A stretch of 64,000 nucleotides of DNA from Candidatus Limnocylindrales bacterium. GTDB lineage: Bacteria; Verrucomicrobiota; Verrucomicrobiia; Limisphaerales; UBA11358. The DNA lies in assembly GCA_035604955.1 (NCBI GenBank), contig DATNHM010000064.1, positions 42,362 through 106,361 of the forward strand, written 5' to 3'. Positions 1 through 9,591 of this stretch are shown here, one piece after another (the first letter of the stretch is position 1; every line of letters begins with the position of its first letter). Under the pieces are notes generated by a model, which was given only the letters and a program-made list of their open reading frames with translations, searched no databases and had not been told where the DNA came from. The position numbers and the translations under genes are program-made.

Positions 1-534
1 TTTTGGAGGTTATCGGGTGAAGGTTTGGCCAGAGTGGTGCTGGCTGGTGCCGGTTGGAGTCAGGCCGCTGTCTTTTGGGGTCGTTCTCCCGGTGCCGCAG
101 ACTTTTGAGGCTCGCTCCCAGCTCATGAATAACTTCGGATGACCTATATCTGGTCGTTCGGCGAGCGGGCAATGACATGAATATAGCTCCGCGTACATTG
201 CCCCATTGCCGGATTCAGGAGAGCACCGCCGGGCGCAGTTTGACATCCGCAGCGTAATGCAGCCGTCGCGGCTGCGAGTTCTAGCACCGTCCCGGTGCGC
301 AAACCAAAAACACGCGGCGGGACGCCACTTTTTCCCGCCGGCGAGGACGCCGGCGCTACGATGCTACCGCCGGCCAATGAATTTTTGGCGCGGGTCAAAT
401 TGCGCCCCACTAATCCGAGCAGAGCATCATTTTTCCATCATATATTTATTGACAAATAATGGCTGTTTTGATAAGATTTGCTACGAATTCAGATAACTCG
501 GTTAATATTAACAACTTGCTGCATAAACACACTT

Positions 535-1332
535 ATGAAAATTTCCACTTTTTCAGGGTTTTTAACAGCAATTGCGCTTCTGAGCGCCGGTTTGCTTCAG
601 GCACAATTGATTAATGTTAATTTCGTCGGCAATTCAGTCGGCACCGGTTACGGCGGCGGCGGCCCTGCTTCTCCCGGACCGAGCATGGCCGGTGCGGGAC
701 TGATTGGTTCCGCAGGGGATGCATGGAATAATGTCGGCGACAGCCAGCTCACTTTCGCCAGTTATCCAACCGGCATAACCACTCCCACGCCGATTGGTCT
801 GATGTACTCAACCGGCATTAACTCGCCGGTAACAATGAATATCACTGCCACCAGCACCTATAATGCAACTGAGCCGGGTTGGGGTAACACCAGCGCTTTT
901 GTAACGGCCGGAAGTCCCTACGCCAATCTGATGCAGGATTGCATAGTCGCGCAAGCTGCCGATAGCATCACGTTAAGCGGCCTTCCTGCAAATACCAGCT
1001 ACCAGTTGGTCCTCTATAACGCGAGCGACCAAAATGTCGGAACCGGTCGTACGAGTACTTTCACGGTCAATGGTGTTACTCAGACCAGTGTGTGGAACGG
1101 CACAACCAGCACGTTGGTAGCGGGAGTAACCTATGTTGATTATGCGTCAGCCATGACCGATGGCACCGGGACGCTGGTTATCAACTACGGGGTGGCCGGT
1201 GGCACTGGTGCCTTGGAGACCGACTTGAATGGTTTTCAACTGCAGCAAATTCCCGAACCCGCGAGTTTGGCCATGCTCGGCGTTGCCGGAATGATGTTCG
1301 TTGGCTGGCGCCGGCGGCTTGCCCGCGCTTGA
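535..1332 (+). CDS. PEP-CTERM sorting-domain secreted protein
   Basis: ORF 478..1332; the ATG at 535 gives signal peptide MKISTFSGFLTAIALLSAGLLQA. The C-terminus IPEPASLAMLGVAGMMFVGWRRRLARA is a PEP motif, TM helix and Arg-rich tail. Confidence 0.8.
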   Translation: MKISTFSGFLTAIALLSAGLLQAQLINVNFVGNSVGTGYGGGGPASPGPSMAGAGLIGSAGDAWNNVGDSQLTFASYPTGITTPTPIGLMYSTGINSPVTMNITATSTYNATEPGWGNTSAFVTAGSPYANLMQDCIVAQAADSITLSGLPANTSYQLVLYNASDQNVGTGRTSTFTVNGVTQTSVWNGTTSTLVAGVTYVDYASAMTDGTGTLVINYGVAGGTGALETDLNGFQLQQIPEPASLAMLGVAGMMFVGWRRRLARA

Positions 1333-1380
1333 ATTCCGAAAGCAACCGGCGACTGTTTTCATAGCTCATCCCTGATTTTG

Positions 1381-1417
1381 AAGCCAGCCTTTGTCAGTCG
1401 AGGCTGGCTTTTTATTT
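1381..1417 (+). terminator. Rho-independent terminator candidate
   Basis: AAGCCAGCCT (10-nt loop) AGGCTGGCTT followed by TTTATTT, about 50 nt after the stop at 1332. Confidence 0.55.
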
Positions 1418-1730
1418 GTGCCGATCTCAAAGGCTATGCGCCTGATACGACGCGGGTCGAGCTACGACGCGCCGGCAGCTTTGGATGGTCAGGCCACAAT
1501 GAACCGGCGCTTTCATTCCCATCGGGATGAAGTTTTCCAATCCCGGGTAAGGGCGCACGCGTCAACAGTGGCGGTGGTGTCGGAGGGACGAGTTCCACGA
1601 ATTCTGAACGCACTCGCCGAGGGGCAAAAGCAAACCAGGGAATTTTAACGGAGAAATCATCCTTTCTCCCTCAATCTGAACGCCTTGGCTGGATTGAAAG
1701 AGTTCCTACACTGTGGTACTGTTCCAGCTA

Positions 1731-2399
1731 ATGATTGGTGTTCACAAGGAACCTTGTCACCGGCACTGCGATGGAGGGTTCACTCTCATCGAACTGCTGG
1801 TCGTTATTGCCATCATCGCCCTCCTCGCGGCTCTATTGCTTCCAACCCTGGCCATGGCAAAGCAAAAGGGACAGCAGACGGCCTGCATCAACAATGTCAG
1901 ACAACTGACGCTGGCCGTCCTCATGTACGCCGATGAGCACGATGACACTCTTCCGCCCACTGCTTACGTTGATTCAAATGGCAATGAGGTGGATTGGCCA
2001 TCTTTGCTGGACTCCTACGTTGGGCATGTCGCCAAAATCCATCTTTGCCCGACCGACCGCCTGTCTCATGCGAACTCCTATGGCCTGAACGAACTGGCTT
2101 TTGTTGACCTGACGGATCCCAACCCTGGGCCGTTGACACGTCTGGCATCTTTCCACAGGCCGAGCCAGACGATTATGCAGGGCGATATTGGAACAGAGGA
2201 CGATTTTGTGACGCCGCGCCCTGACACATTGAAGTTGACGGCTCCCGGCTCTCCGCTTAACGACGATGAGGATGCCCGGCCTTCAACCCGCCATTCGGGC
2301 CGGTGTGATTTGGGTTTTATGGATGGGCACGAAGAGCATTGGTTTCTGTACCAATTCTATACCAATCAGGTTCCCACAAACGAATGGTTTACACCGTAG
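1731..2399 (+). CDS. prepilin-type N-terminal cleavage/methylation domain protein (H-X9-DG type)
   Basis: [23 protein letters not shown] motif after a short leader; C-terminal [13 protein letters not shown] fits H-X9-DG. Start uncertain (GTG 1713 or ATG 1731). Confidence 0.75.
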   Translation: MIGVHKEPCHRHCDGGFTLIELLVVIAIIALLAALLLPTLAMAKQKGQQTACINNVRQLTLAVLMYADEHDDTLPPTAYVDSNGNEVDWPSLLDSYVGHVAKIHLCPTDRLSHANSYGLNELAFVDLTDPNPGPLTRLASFHRPSQTIMQGDIGTEDDFVTPRPDTLKLTAPGSPLNDDEDARPSTRHSGRCDLGFMDGHEEHWFLYQFYTNQVPTNEWFTP

Positions 2400-2502
2400 G
2401 CCGAGGTGGCCACGATGCGGCCCGACACTGCGCGGGCGTTCGCCGAGCCGAAAGGGCTACGGCCCTGCAGGCTGGGCCATGATCGGTTCAGCGAACTTTC
2501 GC

Positions 2503-4821
2503 TTATTCCTGCGGATAAACCAGAATGCGGTCGTGCACCACTACGATTAAATCGTTTTTCTTCCCGCCGGTCACATTGGCCACCAGCGCTTCGCGCGGTT
2601 CCGGCAACGCGTCCGTTGCGCCCCGGAAGGTGTGCTGTTCAAAGACCTGCCAGCGAATGGCCGGCGCCAGTTTGTGCTGCCGCGTAAAATTCACAATATC
2701 GAGATAATTTTTGGCCGTCTCCAAAAATATCAGTTCCTTGCGGCCGTCACCGTTTAAATCACCGGCCGACACGTCATTCAGATTACCGTCCTTGATGGGT
2801 GTGTCATAACCATCGAGCGCCTCCAGGTTCCACACTTCGCCACCCAACGGCATCCAGGCGACGGCGTTCTGGCCCAGAAAGGCAATACTGTGCGTGTCCG
2901 GACCGCCCAACGACACGGACTGCACGCCGTTGAAATCGGAGACCGGCAGTTGCACGTTGCGCCGGACCTGCCAGACCCCGGCGGCATCGCGCTCGCATAA
3001 CGTCAAACACCCGTGTTCGGCGTCGAGCAGAAAAATGGAAGGGGCCGGGTTGGTGCCGTTTCGCAACGCCGTGGCGCCGACGATGCGCGAATCACTCCAC
3101 GAACCGTTGATCTGGTCCTTCACGCGAAACACCCACTCCGACCGGTTGGTGGCGCCCGCGGTTTCCGTTTCCTTTTCGAGCACGACCGCGCGCACAAAAT
3201 TCTTTTGGGGCAACAACAATTCCGGCTTGCCATCGCCATCCACGTCCACCGACGTCAGCCAGGGCCGTTCCATCGCGCCGCCGGGCGGGTCCACATCTTT
3301 TTCATCAAAATTCCCGTCGGATTTTTGCAGCAGCACCTTGATTTTTTCATAGGGAATCAGCACCACCAGATCCGGCAACCCGTCCTGGTTCACGTCCTGA
3401 ATCGCCATCGCCACCGGGTTGGAGGTGAACGTTTCACTCAACTTTTGGGTCCGGATTTTGCCGTCCGCGGTGCGGATCACCAGAAAACGCTGTCCATTCT
3501 GATCCACAATCATCGCCAGGGCCGGCTTGGCGCCGGGACGCAGCGCGCCCACCGCCATCACCAGCGGCTTGCCGTCAATCGGCAGGAGCGCGGGAAACGG
3601 CAGCCGGCCGTTCTTATCAAATTGCGTCACGCCCACCGCGTTTTCGCTCTGGCTCAGGAGAAAAATTTCCGATTTGCCGTCGTCGTTCCAATCCGCCGCC
3701 GCCAACTGGCTCACCCCGGCCAGGGTGGAAAACGTCTGCGGTTCGGCCAGGGAACCGTCCGGTTGCTGCAAATACACCGAGATTTGCCCGCTGTCCGGCT
3801 GGGCCACGAGCAAATCCGGCCGGCCATCACCGTTGACATCGGCCCAAAGCACTCCGCGTTGCGCCGCATCCGTCTTGGTCAGCGGCAGGATTTGGAATTG
3901 CCCCTGGCGAAACGCGCCGGACAAAGGTTCGGCCGGTTTGCGGATAAACTGCGAAACTTCCGCCCGGCCGGAGCTTTGCGCGATGGTGACCACGTAATTT
4001 TTGGCGTCCCCTTCCAGATTGTCCGCCGTATACGAGCGGATGGGCGGTGATTTGAAATAAATCTCCGGGCCGAGCTGGCCGGAAGCGCTTTGCAGCCGGA
4101 ACCGAAACGGCGTCGGGCTGTCCCAATCCACCAACAACAAATCTTTCCGGCCATCGCCGTTCACGTCCACGATTTGCGCGGCCTCCGGTGTGCCCGAATA
4201 GGCGATTTTTTGCGGCTCACCCAGCGTGTGGTCCGCCAATTGCGGCAGAAAGTACAGCGAGCCGTTGTCGCCCAGCAAAACGAGGTCCGCGCGCCCGTCG
4301 CCGTTCAAATCACCCTCGGCCAGCGCGTTGGCGTCGGTCCGCCCGTTGTCAATGTGCCAGCGTTTGGGATCGCTCCAGCCGTTGGTTCCATGATTGTAAA
4401 CCACCTCCAGGTCCTTGCCGTCGCCATAAAAGGCAATATCCGGTTTGCCGTCCCCGTTGAGGTCAGTCACCACCATGGCGCTGATGTGTTCATCCACGGG
4501 AATGGAATCAATGCGAAAACGCGAGCCGGGCGGCAATTGATTGATCTCCAGCGGTTGTGATGAATCCACAACGGTTTTGGCATTGGTTTTTCCGGTCTGA
4601 TTGTAGAGCAACATGATTTTCGACCGCAGATTGTTGGCCACCACGAGATCGTTCAAGCCATCGCCGTTCAAATCCGCCGCGTGCAACAGGCTGATGGTCT
4701 GGTCAATCGGAAAGATTTCCGGGCCGGTAAACACCAGACCCGGCGCGGTGGTTTTGCCGTGACCGACGAAAACAAAATTGAAAATCAACGCCGTCAGGGC
4801 GGCATACCATGAAAATTTCAT
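2503..4821 (-). CDS. FG-GAP/VCBS repeat-containing secreted protein
   Basis: Many DxNGDGxxD repeats (DLNGDGKPD, DVNGDGRKD, DVDGDGKPE). The ATG at 4821 gives signal peptide MKFSWYAALTALIFNFVFVGHG. Confidence 0.8.
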   Translation of the reverse strand: MKFSWYAALTALIFNFVFVGHGKTTAPGLVFTGPEIFPIDQTISLLHAADLNGDGLNDLVVANNLRSKIMLLYNQTGKTNAKTVVDSSQPLEINQLPPGSRFRIDSIPVDEHISAMVVTDLNGDGKPDIAFYGDGKDLEVVYNHGTNGWSDPKRWHIDNGRTDANALAEGDLNGDGRADLVLLGDNGSLYFLPQLADHTLGEPQKIAYSGTPEAAQIVDVNGDGRKDLLLVDWDSPTPFRFRLQSASGQLGPEIYFKSPPIRSYTADNLEGDAKNYVVTIAQSSGRAEVSQFIRKPAEPLSGAFRQGQFQILPLTKTDAAQRGVLWADVNGDGRPDLLVAQPDSGQISVYLQQPDGSLAEPQTFSTLAGVSQLAAADWNDDGKSEIFLLSQSENAVGVTQFDKNGRLPFPALLPIDGKPLVMAVGALRPGAKPALAMIVDQNGQRFLVIRTADGKIRTQKLSETFTSNPVAMAIQDVNQDGLPDLVVLIPYEKIKVLLQKSDGNFDEKDVDPPGGAMERPWLTSVDVDGDGKPELLLPQKNFVRAVVLEKETETAGATNRSEWVFRVKDQINGSWSDSRIVGATALRNGTNPAPSIFLLDAEHGCLTLCERDAAGVWQVRRNVQLPVSDFNGVQSVSLGGPDTHSIAFLGQNAVAWMPLGGEVWNLEALDGYDTPIKDGNLNDVSAGDLNGDGRKELIFLETAKNYLDIVNFTRQHKLAPAIRWQVFEQHTFRGATDALPEPREALVANVTGGKKNDLIVVVHDRILVYPQE

Positions 4822-4872
4822 GCCGCGCAACCTGCCATCTGCCGATGCCCTTGGCCAGTTTATTCGCATGCC

Positions 4873-4955
4873 CATCGTCCTCGTCCTCGTTTTCGTAATC
4901 TTAATCTTAATCTTAATCGCAGCCGAAAATCCGGTCGAGAACGAGGAGGATGAGG
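4873..4955. repeat. composite palindrome with a central (AATCTTA)n heptamer array
   Basis: catcgtcctcgtcctcgttttcg / (taatctt)x3 at 4896..4918 / cgagaacgaggaggatgagg; the outer arms are imperfect inverted repeats. Confidence 0.7.
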
Positions 4956-4959
4956 AAAA

Positions 4960-5382
4960 TCATTCGCCGATGAAATGCAGCACGACGTGGCGCGCGTGCC
5001 CATGGAGGCGGTGTTCCCACAGGTAAATCCCCTGCCAGGTGCCCAGGGCCAGCCGGCCCTGACGCACAGGAAGGCTCAGATTTACCGTCGTGAGCGCTGT
5101 GCGGATGTGTGCCGGCATGTCATCGTCGCCTTCCAGAGTGTGCTCGAATAACGGGTCGCCATCGGGCACGAGCCGTTTGAAGAATGCGTCCAGATCGCGC
5201 CGCACCTCGGGGCTGGCGTTTTCCTGGATCAACAACGAAGCCGAGGTGTGTTGCAGATGAATCGTCAGCAAACCCTCTTTGAATCTGTTGTTGTCCACCC
5301 AGGCCTCAAGCTCAGGCGTAAACTCATAAAGGCCGCGCCCGCCCGTGGCAATGGTCAGTTCATGCGAAAGTTGCCGGAACAT
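4960..5382 (-). CDS. yjbQ: YjbQ/UPF0047 family protein (secondary thiamine-phosphate synthase-like)
   Basis: 140 aa; HLQHTSASLLIQENASPEVRRDL ... DDDMPAHIRTALT ... LGTWQGIYLWEHR is typical of YjbQ. Confidence 0.85.
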   Translation of the reverse strand: MFRQLSHELTIATGGRGLYEFTPELEAWVDNNRFKEGLLTIHLQHTSASLLIQENASPEVRRDLDAFFKRLVPDGDPLFEHTLEGDDDMPAHIRTALTTVNLSLPVRQGRLALGTWQGIYLWEHRLHGHARHVVLHFIGE

Positions 5383-5799
5383 TGTGCTGGATTGTTGGAT
5401 TGGTGGTGGTGTCTTGATTTGAAATTTGTTTCAAAATGATCATCGCACCACACTCATTACGATGATACGGCACCGCCCAAGCCACCAGAATTTCGGCAGT
5501 GCCCTGATTCGATTCATTAATGTAATCGTAAATAATTGCGGAGTGCGATCAGTGCTTCCATAGCGACCGCCAAAAGCAATGCCACCAGGACAACCCAGAA
5601 CATAATCTTCCTTTGTTGTTTTTGTCGCCATTTGTCCTTCATTTTCTGGCCTTTATGATTTGAAACGCCAACTCTTGCCGGATTAGTGGATAAATGGATT
5701 ATTGAGTGGAATTTTGCTGCCTTTGTTCTCCAGCCATCCACTCATCCAGCAACCCTCTTTTTGGTTCCTCGACGTTTTCAATGGAGTCAGGGTTCACGC

Positions 5800-5988
5800 C
5801 CGCCCTCACCCCGGCCCTCTCCCCGGGGGAGAGGGTGCGCCTCGGCGCGTCGCTGGACCTTTTCAGCGATCTTCGTCGCCGGCTCCGATTCTGTGTCATT
5901 GGCCGTGAGACGCACGAAAATCCGGCATCGCTCAAACGCGGCGAACGATTCTCCCTCTCCCGGGGGGAGAGGGCCGGGGTGAGGGCGG
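5800..5988. mobile_element. MITE-like element with about 35-bp terminal inverted repeats
   Basis: 5800..5835 ccgccctcaccccggccctctccccgggggagaggg is the reverse complement of 5954..5988. Each arm holds an internal CCCTCTCCCC/GGGGAGAGGG palindrome; the spacer is 118 bp. Confidence 0.5.
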
Positions 5989-6074
5989 ACCTCGTCACTG
6001 ATTTCCCGGTCACACCTGATGAAACTTGTTTCATACGCTGTCATCCGCGGAAAACATCGAGGAGCCTTTTTTCT

Positions 6075-7931
6075 TCACTGCGACACGGGCGCGCCTTTCT
6101 CGGCCAGCATTTTTTCCAGGGCCGGATTGTGCGGCTGGCCCGCGGCGAGCGCCTTTTCATAATGCCAGCGCGCCAGTTCCACCATCGGCGGCTGCTGGGT
6201 GAGGTAAATCACCGCCAGATTGTTGTGGGCCGCGCCATAGTTGGGATCCAGTTGCACCGCCCGGCGCAACGCCGTTTCCGCCTGGGTGCGCAACCCCTTT
6301 TGCGCCAGCGTCACCCCCAGATAATTCTCAATGTCCGGATTCTGCGGGTCGAGTTTCGCCGCGCGGCTCAACGCGTCGAGCGCCTCGTCATATTTGGCCT
6401 CCGCAAACTGGATGCGGCCCTGGACGGTCAGGTTATAGGCGTCATTCGGACTCTGCGCCAGCGCTCCCTGGATGTGTTTATCCGCGTCGTCCAGCTTGTT
6501 TTCCTCCAGCTCAATCGCGGCCAGATTGGCCAGGGCCAGTCCGTTGTTTTCGTCCTGTTTCAAAATTTGCTGGTAATCGGCCGCGGCCTTGCCGTATTCC
6601 CGGGCGGAAAAATAATTCTGCGCCTCGGCCACCAGGGAAGCCGCGCCGCCGGGCAGTTCATGAACCGATTTCTTCTCCGCGTTGGGATTGGCGGTCAGTG
6701 AGGGAGTTGATTGCTTGAACAAGGCCAGTTCCTCGGGTGTGTAGGGAACCGCCTGTGCCTCATCCACTGCTATCCGCGCACGCAAGGTGTCCACCTGTTG
6801 CGCCAGCGCGTCAATCTGCGCCGCCGCGTCCTGGCCCTTGGGACCGTAAAGTTTCTTGTTCGCATCGCCCAGCCGCGCCAGCAATTCATTGCGTTCCTGT
6901 TCCAACTCGCGGATGCGCGCCTCGTTTTCGGCCTGGCTCGGCCCCGTCACGGCCGGCGGCGGCTTCGGCGCCCTGCCTTGCAACTGATTCACGCGGTTTT
7001 CCAGCGCCAGTTTCTCCAGCAGGTTCACTTCCGACGCCGATTGCAGGGCGGCAATCCGCGTCTGGGCCCTGGCCAGCTCGGCCGCCGCGTTGCCGGTTCC
7101 CGTGACCGCGGCCGGGGCGGACTGGAGACTGGCCACCTGTTTCTTGAGCAGTTCGTTCTCCTGGCGCAAGGCCTCGGCGGCGTCCGCGCTGGCCAGCAGG
7201 GATTGCAGGCGCGTTTGCAGCGTCTGATTTTCCTGCGACAGCTTGTCGGCGCGCTCCGTTTGGCTGGCCAGTTTCTGGTTGGACTCGGCCAGCGCCTGTT
7301 TCAACAATTCGAAGGTCCTGGCGTCCACGCCCGCCGCCGCGCTGCCGTTTCCTCGCGCCAGGCTCACTTTCAGCAAATCATTTTCCTTCATCAAAAGCCG
7401 GAGCTGCTGCTGGACCTGGGCCAATTGGTCCGGTGACACCGCCGCCGGCTGCACCGCCAGCGCTTCCTTGAGTTTGGACTGCAACGTTTCATTGTCGCCC
7501 TGTAACCGCCTGACCTGCTCCTGCAAGGCGTTGAGCTGCGATTGCAAGGCAGCCGTGGCGGCGGCAGCGGCGTTGGTTGCCATTGGCGGGACGCCGGGCG
7601 CTGCCGGCACCGCTGCCGTTGGTGGAGGCGTATTGGTGGACGGAAGTTTGGCGGTCACCTCGGCGATTTTTGCCGCTAGATAATTCAATCGGAAATTGAC
7701 GATCCGGGGATTCCAATCCGGGAAAACCCTTTGGAAACTTTGCAGATCGTTCTGCGCCCCGGCATAATCGTCCAACGCGCGGCGGGGTTCACCCGAATTT
7801 TCGAACGCGTCCGCCTGCTGTATCAGGGCGTAAATAATGAGGTACTGATCGTCGGGATTTTCCTGCGCGCGCGCCCTCGGCGACAGCGACAGCGCGGCGA
7901 ACAAAACCGCAAACACAGCCAGGCATTTCAT
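6075..7931 (-). CDS. secreted TPR-repeat protein with long coiled-coil region
   Basis: The ATG at 7931 gives signal peptide MKCLAVFAVLFAALSLSPRARAQ. The middle is Q/L/A-rich coiled coil; C-terminal TPR units (AADYQQILKQDENNGLALANLAAIELE...). Confidence 0.75.
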   Translation of the reverse strand: MKCLAVFAVLFAALSLSPRARAQENPDDQYLIIYALIQQADAFENSGEPRRALDDYAGAQNDLQSFQRVFPDWNPRIVNFRLNYLAAKIAEVTAKLPSTNTPPPTAAVPAAPGVPPMATNAAAAATAALQSQLNALQEQVRRLQGDNETLQSKLKEALAVQPAAVSPDQLAQVQQQLRLLMKENDLLKVSLARGNGSAAAGVDARTFELLKQALAESNQKLASQTERADKLSQENQTLQTRLQSLLASADAAEALRQENELLKKQVASLQSAPAAVTGTGNAAAELARAQTRIAALQSASEVNLLEKLALENRVNQLQGRAPKPPPAVTGPSQAENEARIRELEQERNELLARLGDANKKLYGPKGQDAAAQIDALAQQVDTLRARIAVDEAQAVPYTPEELALFKQSTPSLTANPNAEKKSVHELPGGAASLVAEAQNYFSAREYGKAAADYQQILKQDENNGLALANLAAIELEENKLDDADKHIQGALAQSPNDAYNLTVQGRIQFAEAKYDEALDALSRAAKLDPQNPDIENYLGVTLAQKGLRTQAETALRRAVQLDPNYGAAHNNLAVIYLTQQPPMVELARWHYEKALAAGQPHNPALEKMLAEKGAPVSQ

Positions 7932-8196
7932 GCTGGCAAAATACTCCAAGCACACGTGATTTGGCAACGCCGACTCGTCACCGGTAATGGTATATTTTTG
8001 GACTTTCGGTGGGGCGGGCGTCCTCGCGAGCCGCTGCCCATTTTTGTCATCCACCCCCGGCTCGTCAGCAGCCTTCCACCCTCCGTAGCAAACTACTGCG
8101 GAGGACGGGCGCCCCACCAGAGCAGCCCACTACGGATTCCCCCGATTGACCTGTTCCGCCGGTTCTGCTATCTTTCCGCCACTCGAAAAACGCGCC

Positions 8197-8817
8197 ATGA
8201 ACACCGCGCTAAACCAGCACGTGCTTGTGTTAAACCGGTTGTGGCAGGCAGTCAACGTCTGCACCGCCCGGCGCGCCCTCACGTTGTTGTTCCAAGGCCA
8301 CGCCCAGGTCGTGCTCGACAGCAACGACGGCTCGTTTCACACGTTTGATTTTGACGAATGGCGCGATCTTTCGGAAAGTGCGCCCCACGAAGAATCGGTT
8401 CGCGCCATTTCCTTCCGCATCCGTGTGCCCCGCATCATCCTGCTGCTCATTTACGACCGGTTGCCGAAAAAGGAGGTCAAGTTCACGCGCCATAATATTT
8501 TTGAGCGGGACAAAAACACCTGCCAATACTGCGGCCGCGTGTACGACCGGAAGGACCTGAACCTGGACCACGTCATCCCGCGCGACCGCGGCGGCCCCAC
8601 GACGTGGGAGAACATTGTTTGTTCCTGCATCGAGTGCAACACCCAGAAGGCCAACCGCACGCCGCAGGAAGCCGCGCTGCATCTCATCCGCAAACCCAAG
8701 CGCCCGAAGTGGCGGCCGTTCGTGCAGATCAACTTCAGCCTGCACCGGCACGACAGTTGGAAACACTTCATTGACCTCGCCTACTGGAACGTCGAGCTGG
8801 GCGAAGACGTCGAGTAA
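8197..8817 (+). CDS. HNH endonuclease family protein
   Basis: CQYCGR...LNLDHVIPRDRGGPTTWENIVCSCIECNTQKANRTP is an HNH motif with a Cys4 zinc site. Confidence 0.8.
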   Translation: MNTALNQHVLVLNRLWQAVNVCTARRALTLLFQGHAQVVLDSNDGSFHTFDFDEWRDLSESAPHEESVRAISFRIRVPRIILLLIYDRLPKKEVKFTRHNIFERDKNTCQYCGRVYDRKDLNLDHVIPRDRGGPTTWENIVCSCIECNTQKANRTPQEAALHLIRKPKRPKWRPFVQINFSLHRHDSWKHFIDLAYWNVELGEDVE

Positions 8818-8901
8818 GCCGGAGGACAGTGGGCGGAGGCCAGAAGACAGAGACCGGACGACGGTGGGCGGAACCGGGAAGCCAGAAAGTTGAGGCAACT
8901 T

Positions 8902-9285
8902 ATGCCGGAACAAATTTTATCCTTCCGTGATTTGCGCGTTTATCAGAAAGCATTTGACCTGCAACAGGCCGTTTTTAAAATCTCCAAGACCTGGCCGCGC
9001 GAGGAAAAATTTGCCCTGACCGACCAAGTACGCCGATCCGCCCGCTCCATTGGCGCCAACCTGGCCGAATCGTGGGCGAAACGGAATTATCCGGCCCATT
9101 TTATCAGCAAGTTGACCGACGCGGACGGCGAATTGCAGGAAACTTCGCATTGGCTTTCCACCGCGGCGGCGTGTGAATACATCACAACCAGTGAACACGT
9201 GATATTTCAAAGTCATATTGCAGAAATCGGCAAAAAACTCGGCAAAATGCTGTCCATGCCGGAAAAATTCTCGCGTGACAACTGA
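8902..9285 (+). CDS. four-helix-bundle protein (23S rRNA intervening-sequence protein family)
   Basis: FRDLRVYQKAFDLQQAVFKISKTWPREEKFALTDQVRRSARSIGANLAESWAKR is characteristic of the family. Confidence 0.8.
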   Translation: MPEQILSFRDLRVYQKAFDLQQAVFKISKTWPREEKFALTDQVRRSARSIGANLAESWAKRNYPAHFISKLTDADGELQETSHWLSTAAACEYITTSEHVIFQSHIAEIGKKLGKMLSMPEKFSRDN

Positions 9286-9329
9286 CCCGGCTGGCATCAG
9301 ACTTCCGTACTCTGTTCTCTGAAACGGCC

Positions 9330-9404
9330 GGCGTGTTCGTCTATCGGTTAGGACGCTGGATTCTCAATCCGGAAAGACGGGTTCGATTCCCGTACGCGCT
9401 ACCA
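9330..9404 (+). tRNA. tRNA-Glu(CUC), CCA encoded
   Basis: Manual cloverleaf: acceptor GGCGTGT/ACGCGCT (2 G-U), D arm GTCT-ATCGGTTA-GGAC, anticodon arm CTGGA-TTCTCAA-TCCGG, variable AAAG, T arm ACGGG-TTCGATT-CCCGT, ACCA. Confidence 0.85.
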
Positions 9405-9591
9405 AACTGGAAAAGAATGCGTTTCATGTCATCTTCACGCCGACGAGCGACTTCTAGTCGCGAGCAGGCCTTGGCTCGACCAGATTATCTGTCGGCGCTG
9501 TGTCATGCCGTCCAGCGATTCAAAGCCCATGTTCCGGCTACACAATTGACGTGCTAAAGTTCCCGCTCTGCAGGTAATTTGGGGGAATACT

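Noticed and set aside
3013-4050. 345-aa ORF on the plus strand.
   Set aside because: It is antisense to the well-supported FG-GAP gene. Its R/G/H/P-rich low-complexity translation is typical of shadow ORFs in GC-rich DNA.
5706-6701. 331-aa ORF on the plus strand, plus overlapping ORFs 5699..6034 and 5787..6044.
   Set aside because: The 5' part translates the MITE-like inverted repeat (ALTPALSPGERV) and the rest is antisense to the TPR gene. It has no coding signature.
9333-9557. 74-aa ORF overlapping the tRNA region.
   Set aside because: It begins inside tRNA-Glu, and the tRNA cloverleaf explains the sequence. There is no coding support.
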